Origin: an uncultured Clostridia bacterium | GTDB lineage: Bacteria; Bacillota; Clostridia; Christensenellales; Aristaeellaceae | Assembly: GCA_947565865.1 (NCBI GenBank) | Contig: CANOHT010000009.1 | Location: 10,142 to 74,141 of the forward strand | Reading direction: 5' to 3' | Length of the DNA: 64,000 nucleotides | Shown here: positions 1-8,270 of the stretch, one piece after another | Layout: the number at the start of each line of letters is the position of its first letter | Position numbering within the stretch: the first letter of the stretch is position 1 | Translations under genes and position numbers: made by a program | The notes under the pieces: generated by a model | The model's database searches: none | What the model was told of the DNA's origin: nothing | What the model saw: only the letters and a program-made list of their open reading frames with translations

Positions 1-205
1 CACCAAGGCGAACCTGTACAACTTCCAAATGAAGCTGCGCGCCATGATGATGGGCTCCAACCTGCCTACCGCCGTGGGCAGCGCCACCGAGAACACGGTG
101 CAGAACGCCGCCGTCATCGTGGCCATCCTGCCTTTTATGATTCTTTATCCTTTCCTGCAGAAGTACTTCGTGAAGGGCATCAACATCGGCGCTGTCAAGG
201 AATAA
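1..205 (+). CDS. Carbohydrate ABC transporter permease, 3' fragment (5' end lies outside the window)
   Basis: Frame 2 is open from the window edge to TAA 203-205. The tail ...NAAVIVAILPFMILYPFLQKYFVKGINIGAVKE resembles the C-terminus of LplC/YtcP-type sugar ABC permeases. Confidence 0.75.
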   Translation, partial: TKANLYNFQMKLRAMMMGSNLPTAVGSATENTVQNAAVIVAILPFMILYPFLQKYFVKGINIGAVKE

Positions 206-613
206 CCGCCAAGGGACTCTGCCCCTTGGAACCCCGCCAGGAGGGGCACTTGCTCCTCCTGGACCTCCCGTTTCGCGATGGAGGGCAGGGTTCCGAATGG
301 ATTGGCTGCGCGTGCGGGGTTTTTGGGGGCTGCGGCCCCCGGACCCCTGGGGTTGTTCGGAACTTTTCATGCTGCGAAGCATGGAAGGGGGACGGTACGG
401 CTGCTCGTTGAGGTTTTCGGGGGGCTGCGATTCCGCGGCTCCCGGGGCTGTTCGGATTCCCAGGGTGAAAAAAGGAAGGAAAAAACTTGACAAATGTCTT
501 CTGCCGTGTCATCATGACATGGAGCAGCAATCCACCGCATTCTTATCGCACGCAAGCGCCCGTGTGCTGCAGGAGGGTGCGGTGAATTTTTGATGGGAAA
601 AGGAGATACAACC

Positions 614-1366
614 ATGACGACGATCTTCTGGGCCGGGGATTCCACGGTGGCGCATAACGGCATCGAAACCTATCCCCAAACAGGTATTGGCCAGGAATTT
701 GACCGCTATGTGCGGCACTGGGATGTGCGGATTGAAAATCATGCGGTCAATGGCCGCAGCACCAAAAGCTTTATTGATGAAGGGCGCCTGGCACAGATCT
801 ACGACCGTATCACGGCAGGCGATTTCCTGTTCATCCAGTTCGGCCACAATGATGAAAAGGACGCCGATCCCGACCGTTATGCCGACCCGGACACCGACTT
901 CCCTGCCAACCTGGAGAAGTTCGTCAATGTGGCGCGGAACAAGGGGGCCTACCCGGTCATCATCACCCCGGTGACGCGCTACAACCGCAACGCTCCGGGA
1001 GCTCAGTACAAGCATGACCGCTGGGCGGCGTCTGCGCGGAAGACGGCGGATCGGCTGAACGTGGTGTGCATCGACCTGACAACCATGTCCGAGGAGCTGG
1101 TGGATACCCTGGGCGAGGATGCCCGCCGTCGCTTTTACATGAACCTTCCCGCCGGTATTTATCCGCATTTTCCCCAGGGCCAGACAGACAACACCCATCC
1201 CCAGGTGGAGGGCGCCATTGTCTTCGGCAGCCTGATTGCCAAGGGGCTCAAGAGCCTGGGAGGCGTTTACGCGGAACTCCTGTGCGATGATTACGACCGC
1301 TATGTTGATGAGTCTGAGCATATGGGCCATATAGCCACCACTGCCGCTGAGGAGGTCGAACGATGA
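614..1366 (+). CDS. rhgT: Rhamnogalacturonan acetylesterase (SGNH/GDSL hydrolase, CE12)
   Basis: The track ORF is 590..1366. I set the start at ATG 614, which lies 8 nt after AAGGAG 600-605. The blocks FWAGDST, NHAVNGRS and FIQFGHND are the SGNH catalytic blocks of RhgT/YesT-like esterases. No signal peptide. Confidence 0.85.
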   Translation: MTTIFWAGDSTVAHNGIETYPQTGIGQEFDRYVRHWDVRIENHAVNGRSTKSFIDEGRLAQIYDRITAGDFLFIQFGHNDEKDADPDRYADPDTDFPANLEKFVNVARNKGAYPVIITPVTRYNRNAPGAQYKHDRWAASARKTADRLNVVCIDLTTMSEELVDTLGEDARRRFYMNLPAGIYPHFPQGQTDNTHPQVEGAIVFGSLIAKGLKSLGGVYAELLCDDYDRYVDESEHMGHIATTAAEEVER

Positions 1367-2991
1367 AGGATCAGCTGTACTTTGCCGACCAGGGGGACGG
1401 CACCTATCGCAACCCCATTTTGTTCTGCGACTATTCTGACCCGGACGCCATCCGTGTGGGCGACACCTACTTCATGACGGCCTCCACCTTCAACTATGTG
1501 CCGGGTCTTCCCATCCTGACCAGCAAGGATTTGGTTAACTGGACGCTGGTGAACTACGCCGTCAAGAACATCCCCGAGGATCGCTACGCCGTGCCCCGCC
1601 ATGCGCAGGGTATCTGGGCCCCGGCCATCCGCCATCATAACGGATATTTCTATATATATTATGGTATGCCGGACGAGGGCATTTACATGGTGCGCACGGC
1701 GGATCCGTTGGGCGATTGGGACGCGCCTGTTCTCGTGCTGCCTGGCAAGGGCCTGATCGACCCCTGTCCCTTCTGGGATGACGACGGCAGAGCCTGGGTG
1801 GTGCATGGCTATGCCAAGAGCCGCATTGGCTTCAAGAGCTGGCTGGGCATTTTTCCTATGTCTCCCGACGGAACCCATGCCATCGGAGACGATCATCTGC
1901 TCTTTGACGGCACGGTGAAGCATCCCACCATGGAGGGCCCGAAAGTCCATAAACGTGATGGATGGTATTACATTTTTGCCCCTGCCGGCGGTGTGCCCAC
2001 GGGCTGGCAGGCGGTGCTGCGCAGTCGCTGCATCACCGGCCCCTATGAGGATCGGGTGGTGCTCAAGCAGGGCAGCAGCGAGACCAACGGCCCTCACCAG
2101 GGCGCGTGGGTGGACACGGCGGAGGGCGAGGATTGGTTCCTGCACTTCCAGAGCCGCGGCCTCTACGGGCGCATTACGCACCTGCAGCCCATGACCTGGG
2201 GGGCGGACGGATGGCCCCGCATTGGCATGGACGATCCCAACCCGGCGGATCCCGCCAGCATTGCCACCGGGGAGGATGCCCGCCAGGCGGCGCTGGTAGC
2301 CAACGCGGCGGATTGCGGCATCGCGGTGGCGTCCTGGCGCAAGCCCAAGGGCCCTGTCTGTGAGCGCACCTCCGAACAGGCCAGCGATGATTTTATGGGC
2401 CCGCTGGGGCTGCAGTGGCAGTTTATGGGCAACTGGCGTCCTGATTTCTATCAGGTAGGCGAAGGCCGGCTGACCCTGTTTGCCCGGACGCTGCCGGAAG
2501 GCGGATATCGCCTGTGGCAGTGCCCGCAGACCATGACCCAGAAGATCGCCGCACCGGCCTTCTTCGCCACGGTGGCGGTGGACGCCTCCCGGCTGGCGGT
2601 GGGCGACCAGGCAGGCGTAGGGCTGGTGGGCGGTCAATATGCCTATGCGGCGCTTCGCCGTCAGGCGGAAGGCTGGTTGCTGGCGTATGTGGAGAGCGGC
2701 GGTGGGGCGCATACCGAAACGGTGCTGGAGGAAACGGCGCTTTCCTCCCCGAAGCTGACCTTCCGCATGACGCTGCTGCCCACGGGCTATGCCGAGGCCG
2801 CGGTAGCCTTCGAGTACAGCGCTGACGGCGTGGACTTCAAGCCTGTGGGCCGTCCCTACGCTCCGGCCCGCCATACCTGGGTCGGCGCGCGCATGGCCCT
2901 TTTCGCCATGCCGATGGGCGGCGGACAGGATCAGGGCGGCAGCGCATCCTTTGGGCCCTTTAAGGTAACGCCCGTGGAGGTTATGGCATGA
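1363..2991 (+). CDS. Glycoside hydrolase family 43 (beta-xylosidase/alpha-L-arabinofuranosidase type) with a C-terminal beta-sandwich domain
   Basis: The start forms an ATGA overlap with the rhgT stop. The N-terminus YRNPILFCDYSDPDAIRVGDTYFMTASTF...LPILTSKDLVNW is the GH43 propeller signature. No signal peptide. Confidence 0.85.
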   Translation: MKDQLYFADQGDGTYRNPILFCDYSDPDAIRVGDTYFMTASTFNYVPGLPILTSKDLVNWTLVNYAVKNIPEDRYAVPRHAQGIWAPAIRHHNGYFYIYYGMPDEGIYMVRTADPLGDWDAPVLVLPGKGLIDPCPFWDDDGRAWVVHGYAKSRIGFKSWLGIFPMSPDGTHAIGDDHLLFDGTVKHPTMEGPKVHKRDGWYYIFAPAGGVPTGWQAVLRSRCITGPYEDRVVLKQGSSETNGPHQGAWVDTAEGEDWFLHFQSRGLYGRITHLQPMTWGADGWPRIGMDDPNPADPASIATGEDARQAALVANAADCGIAVASWRKPKGPVCERTSEQASDDFMGPLGLQWQFMGNWRPDFYQVGEGRLTLFARTLPEGGYRLWQCPQTMTQKIAAPAFFATVAVDASRLAVGDQAGVGLVGGQYAYAALRRQAEGWLLAYVESGGGAHTETVLEETALSSPKLTFRMTLLPTGYAEAAVAFEYSADGVDFKPVGRPYAPARHTWVGARMALFAMPMGGGQDQGGSASFGPFKVTPVEVMA

Positions 2992-4826
2992 CGGGTGAAG
3001 CGCTGCGGAACGTGATCCTGGCCAATGATCTGAACACCCTGCGCAGGGAATTGCCCCTGGAACCAACCCTCATCGACTGGACGGATGATGACGGCGTGGC
3101 CCTGTCCTTCCTGGCGGCTCGGGTGGGCAGCCTCGATATGCTGCGCTATCTGGTGGAGTATGGCCTGAGGGTCAATCTGAACGCCATTGATCCCCGGGGT
3201 CGGGATCATCTGCATCACGCGGTCATGTCCGGTGATGTGGATAAGTGCCGCTATTTGGTGGAGCGCGGCGGCATGGACATCCTGCGGGGGGATAACGATC
3301 TGACCACGCCCTTTGACATCGCTCACAAAGAGGGCTTCACCGCCATTGAAGACTACTTTGTCCAGCGGGTGGGCTGTCCCTACGGCGAGTTGTACCGCAA
3401 CCCCATCCGCCGGGGCTTCTTTCCTGACCCGTCCATTGTCCGGGTGGGTGAGGACTATTACATGGTCAACTCCACCTTCATCTATTTCCCCTGCATCCCC
3501 GTGAGCCACAGCCGCGACCTGATCCACTGGGAGGTAATCGGCCACGCCATCACCAACCCTGAATGGGCGCACCTGGAGGGCCTGGAAGGGGGAAGGGGCT
3601 ACTGGGCGCCGGATATTTCCTACTGCAACGGCAGGTTCTACATCTGCGCAACCCTGCGCCTGAACGACGTGGGCGCCGTCCGCCGCCGGCAGATGGTGGT
3701 GACGGCCCAGCGCCCAGAGGGGCCCTATTCCGAGCCGGTCTTCTTCGAGGAGGATGGCATCGACCCCAGCATCTTCCATGACGACGATGGGCGGCACTAC
3801 ATGCTGCTGAACCGGGGTGCGCGGATTTTCGAGATCGACGAGACGGGTACCAAGCGCCTTTCTGACGCCACGCTGTTGTACTATGGCACCAACAAGCGCG
3901 CGCCGGAGGGCCCTCATCTGCTGAAGCGGGACGGATGGTACTATCTGTTCGAGGCGGAGGGCGGAACGGGTACCGGCCATCGGGAGACGGTCTCCCGCTC
4001 GCGCACACTCCATGGGGTCTACGAATCCAGCCCCTATAACCCCGTCATCCGCCAATGGGACGAGCGGGCTCGGATGCAGCGCTGCGGCCATGCCAAGCCG
4101 GTCTCCACGCCGGACGGACGGTGGTACTTCGTCTACCTGTGCGCCCGCCCCTTGGATGGGCGCTGGTCCATGCTGGGCCGGGAGACAGCCCTTGATCCCT
4201 TCACCTGGACGCCGGATGGCTGGCCGCTGCTCAACGGCGGCCGGGGCGTCAGCACACAGAACCGCAGGCCCCTGCCGAAAGCGCCGCTGCCTGTTCGGAC
4301 GGACTGGGTGACGCCGCGTCCGCCGAAGAAGGATCAGGTCTGCTGGCAGGGGGAGACCGTCATCCTCCGGGGCAGCCCGTGGCCCATGACGGACGTGCGC
4401 TGCCGAAGCATCCTGCTGCAGCGCCAGACGGCCTTTCGCTTCAGCTTTGAGGCAACCCTGACAGCGACGGCTTCAGGCGACGCGGGACTGACCTGCTACT
4501 ATGACGAGCATTCCTTCCTCACCCTGGGGGTGGAGGATGGCCGCCTGCTGGTGAAAGAGCAGATCGGTACGGAAGCCCGTCGGCAGGATACCGGCGTCAC
4601 GGTGCAGCCCGGTCGGCACGTCACGCTGGCGGTCAGGGCGGACGGTCTGACCCGTACCCTGCTGGCGGACGGTCAAACGGTGGCGACGCTTAACGACGTG
4701 ACCTACCTGGCAGACGAGGGTGTGCGCATCGGCAAGCGCTTCACCGGGGCCATGGTGGGTGTGTATGCCGTAAAGGCCGCGGCTACCTTCACTGCCATGA
4801 CTTATCGGGAAGAAGACGAGGCGTGA
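2988..4826 (+). CDS. Ankyrin-repeat (aa ~5-125) fused to a GH43 glycoside hydrolase with a C-terminal beta-sandwich domain
   Basis: The start forms an ATGA overlap with the upstream GH43 stop. The N-terminus has about 3 ankyrin-like repeats (DDGVALSFLAARVGSLDMLRYLVEYG..., GRDHLHHAVMSGDVDKCRYLVERGG..., DLTTPFDIAHKEGFTAIEDYF). The GH43 core follows: YRNPIRRGFFPDPSIVRVGEDYYMVNSTF...SRDLIHW. Confidence 0.8.
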   Translation: MTGEALRNVILANDLNTLRRELPLEPTLIDWTDDDGVALSFLAARVGSLDMLRYLVEYGLRVNLNAIDPRGRDHLHHAVMSGDVDKCRYLVERGGMDILRGDNDLTTPFDIAHKEGFTAIEDYFVQRVGCPYGELYRNPIRRGFFPDPSIVRVGEDYYMVNSTFIYFPCIPVSHSRDLIHWEVIGHAITNPEWAHLEGLEGGRGYWAPDISYCNGRFYICATLRLNDVGAVRRRQMVVTAQRPEGPYSEPVFFEEDGIDPSIFHDDDGRHYMLLNRGARIFEIDETGTKRLSDATLLYYGTNKRAPEGPHLLKRDGWYYLFEAEGGTGTGHRETVSRSRTLHGVYESSPYNPVIRQWDERARMQRCGHAKPVSTPDGRWYFVYLCARPLDGRWSMLGRETALDPFTWTPDGWPLLNGGRGVSTQNRRPLPKAPLPVRTDWVTPRPPKKDQVCWQGETVILRGSPWPMTDVRCRSILLQRQTAFRFSFEATLTATASGDAGLTCYYDEHSFLTLGVEDGRLLVKEQIGTEARRQDTGVTVQPGRHVTLAVRADGLTRTLLADGQTVATLNDVTYLADEGVRIGKRFTGAMVGVYAVKAAATFTAMTYREEDEA

Positions 4827-5264
4827 GGGCTGAAACAGCTATCTTTGGGGACTGTCGCGCATTGCGGCAGTCCCTTTAGGGTGGCAACAAAGCGGTATGC
4901 GCCACTTGATGGAGGAGCTTCGCCTCATGCCGTCGCGGGCCCCTGCTGGTTAAGTGGCGCTGCCATTCTCCCAGCCGCTCGTTCGTGTAAGAAGCTTTCT
5001 GCGACGAACAAGCCGAACATCGCCGTGCAGAGGCTTTGCTCCGTTTTGGCGCCCGAAGATACCCGACGTTTTTTGCTTGCCTGTCTGCCGACGGCAGGTT
5101 GCTCTTTCACTGTTTAGGCATTTTTGACGGTCTGCCGGGGCTGCCGCATGCGCGGCAGTCCCTTCTTGATGAAAGCTATTTCATAGGCGCGGCGACTAAC
5201 GCTCAGGGGAGGCCTGCGGCAGGCGAAGCGGGATAAAGCGGGGGCTCGGGGGTCACCGGGGCCA

Positions 5265-5293
5265 TTGACAGCCCATGGAAGATTTGGTATAAT
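5265..5293 (+). promoter_or_regulatory. Sigma-A type promoter for the GH105-GH28 operon
   Basis: TTGACA (5265-5270), a 17-nt spacer, then TATAAT (5288-5293). It lies about 40 nt upstream of ATG 5333. Confidence 0.6.
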
Positions 5294-5332
5294 GGCAGTC
5301 GAAAACGCCTGATATGGAGGGAAAAGCAAAGC

Positions 5333-6433
5333 ATGGATGTAACAGCTTACATCAAGGAGTATCTGGCGGGCTATACGCCGTATAAAAACTACTGGAATTA
5401 TGAGGACGGCTGCGTTTACAAGGCCTGTGCCGATCTGTACCGGGCTACGGGCGACACCGCGTACAGGGACTTCACCCTGGGGCACATGGTGGAGCTGGTG
5501 CAGCCGGACGGCAGCATCCCCAGCTTCGACGTCAGCCGCTACAACATCGACAGCATCAACTGCGGCAAGGCGCTGTTCTTTGCCCTGGATGAGACCGGGG
5601 ATGAGCGCTATCGCAAGGCCATTGACTTCCACATGGCCCGGCTGCTGAGCCATCCCCGGTGCGGCTGCGGAAATTTCTGGCATAAGGAGACCTACCCTTA
5701 CCAGGTTTGGCTGGACGGATTGTATATGGCGCAGCCCTTCTACATGGAATATGAGCATCGCTTTGGGGGCAGGGCGCGGCTTCAGGACATCACCGCCCAA
5801 TTCCGCAATGTGCGGCGCTATCTCTTTAACGCGGAAAAGGGTCTGAACTATCATGCCTGGGATGAAAAGCGGGTTCAGCCCTGGTGTGATCGGGAGACCG
5901 GCCTTTCCCCGAACTTCTGGCTGCGTTCCACCGGCTGGTACCTGATGGCCCTTGCGGACTGCATCGGCCTGTGCGGCGAGGAGCTTTATGAGCATTACCG
6001 CGCCCTGGTGGATATTTTCCGGGAGAGCCTGCGGGGTGTGCTTCGGTACCAAAGCGCGGAGGATCGCCTGTTTTACCAGGTCATCGACCATGGGGAGACG
6101 GAGGGCAATTACACCGAGACCTCCGGCTCTGCGATGATAGCCTATGCGCTGCTCAAGGGCGTTCGCCTGGGCGTGCTGAATCCCGAACGCTACGGCCCCA
6201 TTGGCCGGGAAGTTATGGAGGCGCTGATGGCCTCCAAGCTGAAGACAAACGCCCAGGGCAAGGTCGAACTGACCGACATCTGCAAGGTTGCGGGCCTCGG
6301 ACCCGGGGCGGAGCGGGACGGCTCGGTTGCCTATTACCTCAGCGAGCCCCGGGTCAGCGACGACAGCAAGGGCGTGGGCCCCTTTATGATGGCCTACGCG
6401 GAATACCTGTTGGCCCACGGGAAGGAGGACTGA
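5333..6433 (+). CDS. Unsaturated rhamnogalacturonyl hydrolase (GH105, YteR/YesR-like)
   Basis: 366-aa ORF. The motifs YWNYEDGCVYKA and FWHKETYPYQVWLDGLYMAQPFY match the YteR family as I recall it. The pectin-locus context supports the call. Confidence 0.85.
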   Translation: MDVTAYIKEYLAGYTPYKNYWNYEDGCVYKACADLYRATGDTAYRDFTLGHMVELVQPDGSIPSFDVSRYNIDSINCGKALFFALDETGDERYRKAIDFHMARLLSHPRCGCGNFWHKETYPYQVWLDGLYMAQPFYMEYEHRFGGRARLQDITAQFRNVRRYLFNAEKGLNYHAWDEKRVQPWCDRETGLSPNFWLRSTGWYLMALADCIGLCGEELYEHYRALVDIFRESLRGVLRYQSAEDRLFYQVIDHGETEGNYTETSGSAMIAYALLKGVRLGVLNPERYGPIGREVMEALMASKLKTNAQGKVELTDICKVAGLGPGAERDGSVAYYLSEPRVSDDSKGVGPFMMAYAEYLLAHGKED

Positions 6434-6436
6434 ACC

Positions 6437-7990
6437 ATGGATGCGAGCATTCTGTTTGTTTCCGGCCGCAGCGCCACAGTGTGCCTGAAGGACGGCGGGC
6501 TTTATCACACCCATCGAAAATATGCTCTGACCCTCAACGGCAAGCCCTGGGGCGAGGCTGACACGGTGGTGACCAGCCTATACGGGCTATGGCCTGACAC
6601 GGATTACACCCTGACAGTCTTCGACGGAGCGCAAAAGATGTCGGAGCTGGTCTTCCGTACCGAGGAGGAAAGCTACACGCTGAACGTCCGCCGCTTTGGC
6701 GCGGTGGGCGATGGTGTGCACGACGATACCGCGGCGATTCAGGCGGCTATCAACTGCTGCCCGAAGAAGGGGCGGGTGCTGATCCCGGCGGGGACGTACC
6801 ATGTGCTGCCGCTGTTCATCAAGAGCCATATCCGTATCGAGCTTGCGGCAGGGGCGACGCTTCGGCTGGAAACCGACCGAAGCAAATTCCCGATTCTGCC
6901 AGGGATCATCCAGTCCACCGATGAGACCAAGGATCTGAACCTGGGCTCCTGGGAGGGCAATCCCCTGGACATGTTTGCCGCCATGATCTCCGGCTATAAG
7001 GCGGAAGACGTGGTGATCTACGGCCAGGGCCTGCTGGATGGCCAGGGTGATCAGGGGGATTGGTGGAAGAATGTGAAAATCCGGCGCGGCGCCTGGCGGC
7101 CGCGGATGCTCTTCATCAACCACTGCAAAAATGTGACCGTGCAGGGCCTTACCTTCCGCAACAGCCCCGCCTGGAACCTTCAGCCCTATTTCAGCAAGCA
7201 CTTGAAGTTCCTGAACATCACGGTGAACGCTCCCGCCGACAGCCCCAATACCGACGGCTTCGACCCGGAAAGCTGCAGAGACATCCTGCTGGCGGGCGCG
7301 CATTTCTCCCTGGGCGATGACTGCATCGCCATCAAGGCGGGGAAATTGTACATGGGTTCCACCTATCAAACCCCGACCACGGATATGGAAGTGGCGCACT
7401 GCCTGATGGAGAACGGCCATGGCGGCATGACCGTCGGCAGCGAGATGGCCGGCGGCGTACAGCATATTCATGTGCATGACTGCCTCATGCGCAACACGGA
7501 TCGCGGCCTCAGGGTGAAGACCCGGCGGGGGCGCGGACAGGATGGCGTCATTGACGACATCGTGTTCGATCATGTGGTGATGGAGCGAGTGGGTACCCCG
7601 GTGGTGGTGAACAGCATGTATTTCTGTGACCCGGATGGCCGCAGCGACTATGTACAAAGCCGTGAAAAGCAGCCGGTGGACGAGCGGACGCCGCGCATCG
7701 GCACACTGACCTTCCGCCATGTCAAGGCCACAGAGGTCACCTGCGCGGGCTATTTTCTGGGCCTGCCGGAGAAGCCCATTGAGCATGTGGTGATGGAGGA
7801 CGTGGACATTGCCTGTGCCGCGGCTCCGGCCCCTATGCAGCCTGCCATGGCCTGCGGAGTGGAGCCCTGCGTGCGCCAGGGCATCGTGGCGATCAACGTG
7901 GATGAGATTACCCTGCGGAACGTGACGATCACGGGGCAGGATGGCGTGATGCTCGCTTGCGAAAATGTGGGTCAGGTGCAGGAGGAATAA
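6437..7990 (+). CDS. Glycoside hydrolase family 28 (exo-polygalacturonase type)
   Basis: The start is 3 nt after the GH105 stop. The GH28 active-site blocks NTDGFDPESC, GDDCIAIKAG, GHGGMTVGSE and RGLRVKTRRG are present, as is the pectate-lyase-fold entry motif FGAVGDGVHDDTAAIQAAI. No signal peptide. Confidence 0.9.
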   Translation: MDASILFVSGRSATVCLKDGGLYHTHRKYALTLNGKPWGEADTVVTSLYGLWPDTDYTLTVFDGAQKMSELVFRTEEESYTLNVRRFGAVGDGVHDDTAAIQAAINCCPKKGRVLIPAGTYHVLPLFIKSHIRIELAAGATLRLETDRSKFPILPGIIQSTDETKDLNLGSWEGNPLDMFAAMISGYKAEDVVIYGQGLLDGQGDQGDWWKNVKIRRGAWRPRMLFINHCKNVTVQGLTFRNSPAWNLQPYFSKHLKFLNITVNAPADSPNTDGFDPESCRDILLAGAHFSLGDDCIAIKAGKLYMGSTYQTPTTDMEVAHCLMENGHGGMTVGSEMAGGVQHIHVHDCLMRNTDRGLRVKTRRGRGQDGVIDDIVFDHVVMERVGTPVVVNSMYFCDPDGRSDYVQSREKQPVDERTPRIGTLTFRHVKATEVTCAGYFLGLPEKPIEHVVMEDVDIACAAAPAPMQPAMACGVEPCVRQGIVAINVDEITLRNVTITGQDGVMLACENVGQVQEE

Positions 7991-8081
7991 GGCAGGCGGC
8001 ATAAGCGGCGCGCCGCTTCACATCGCCTTAACAACCCCAGGAGGGGCGTCGGAGGAGCCGCGGCTCCTCTGATTTCATAAT

Positions 8082-8113
8082 AAAAAACCGACGCGCATGT
8101 CGTCGGTTTTTTT
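8082..8113. terminator. Bidirectional intrinsic terminator between the convergent GH28 and MFS genes
   Basis: AAAAAA-CCGACG-cgcatgt-CGTCGG-TTTTTTT. The stem is flanked by an A-run on one side and a T-run on the other. Confidence 0.7.
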
Positions 8114-8270
8114 GTGGGTGACAAGAGGGGCTTCCTTGTGGAGCGCCGCGTCTGGGCGCAGCGGAGGGCCAGGGAGATCACGCATTCCCGATGATAGGAT
8201 GACGCCGCTTGATCGACACCCTGATGGATTCAAGCCTTTATCATGGGCGGGGCGCTGTGGACAGCGCGGC

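Noticed and set aside
4845-5236. Track ORFs of 90, 61 and 66 aa in the 506-nt spacer upstream of the GH105 gene, considered as possible small genes or a pseudogene.
   Set aside because: None has an SD at a plausible distance. Their composition is Ala/Arg/Pro/Gly-biased, and they overlap each other on both strands. I could not recognise any degraded gene. I report only the twin hairpins.
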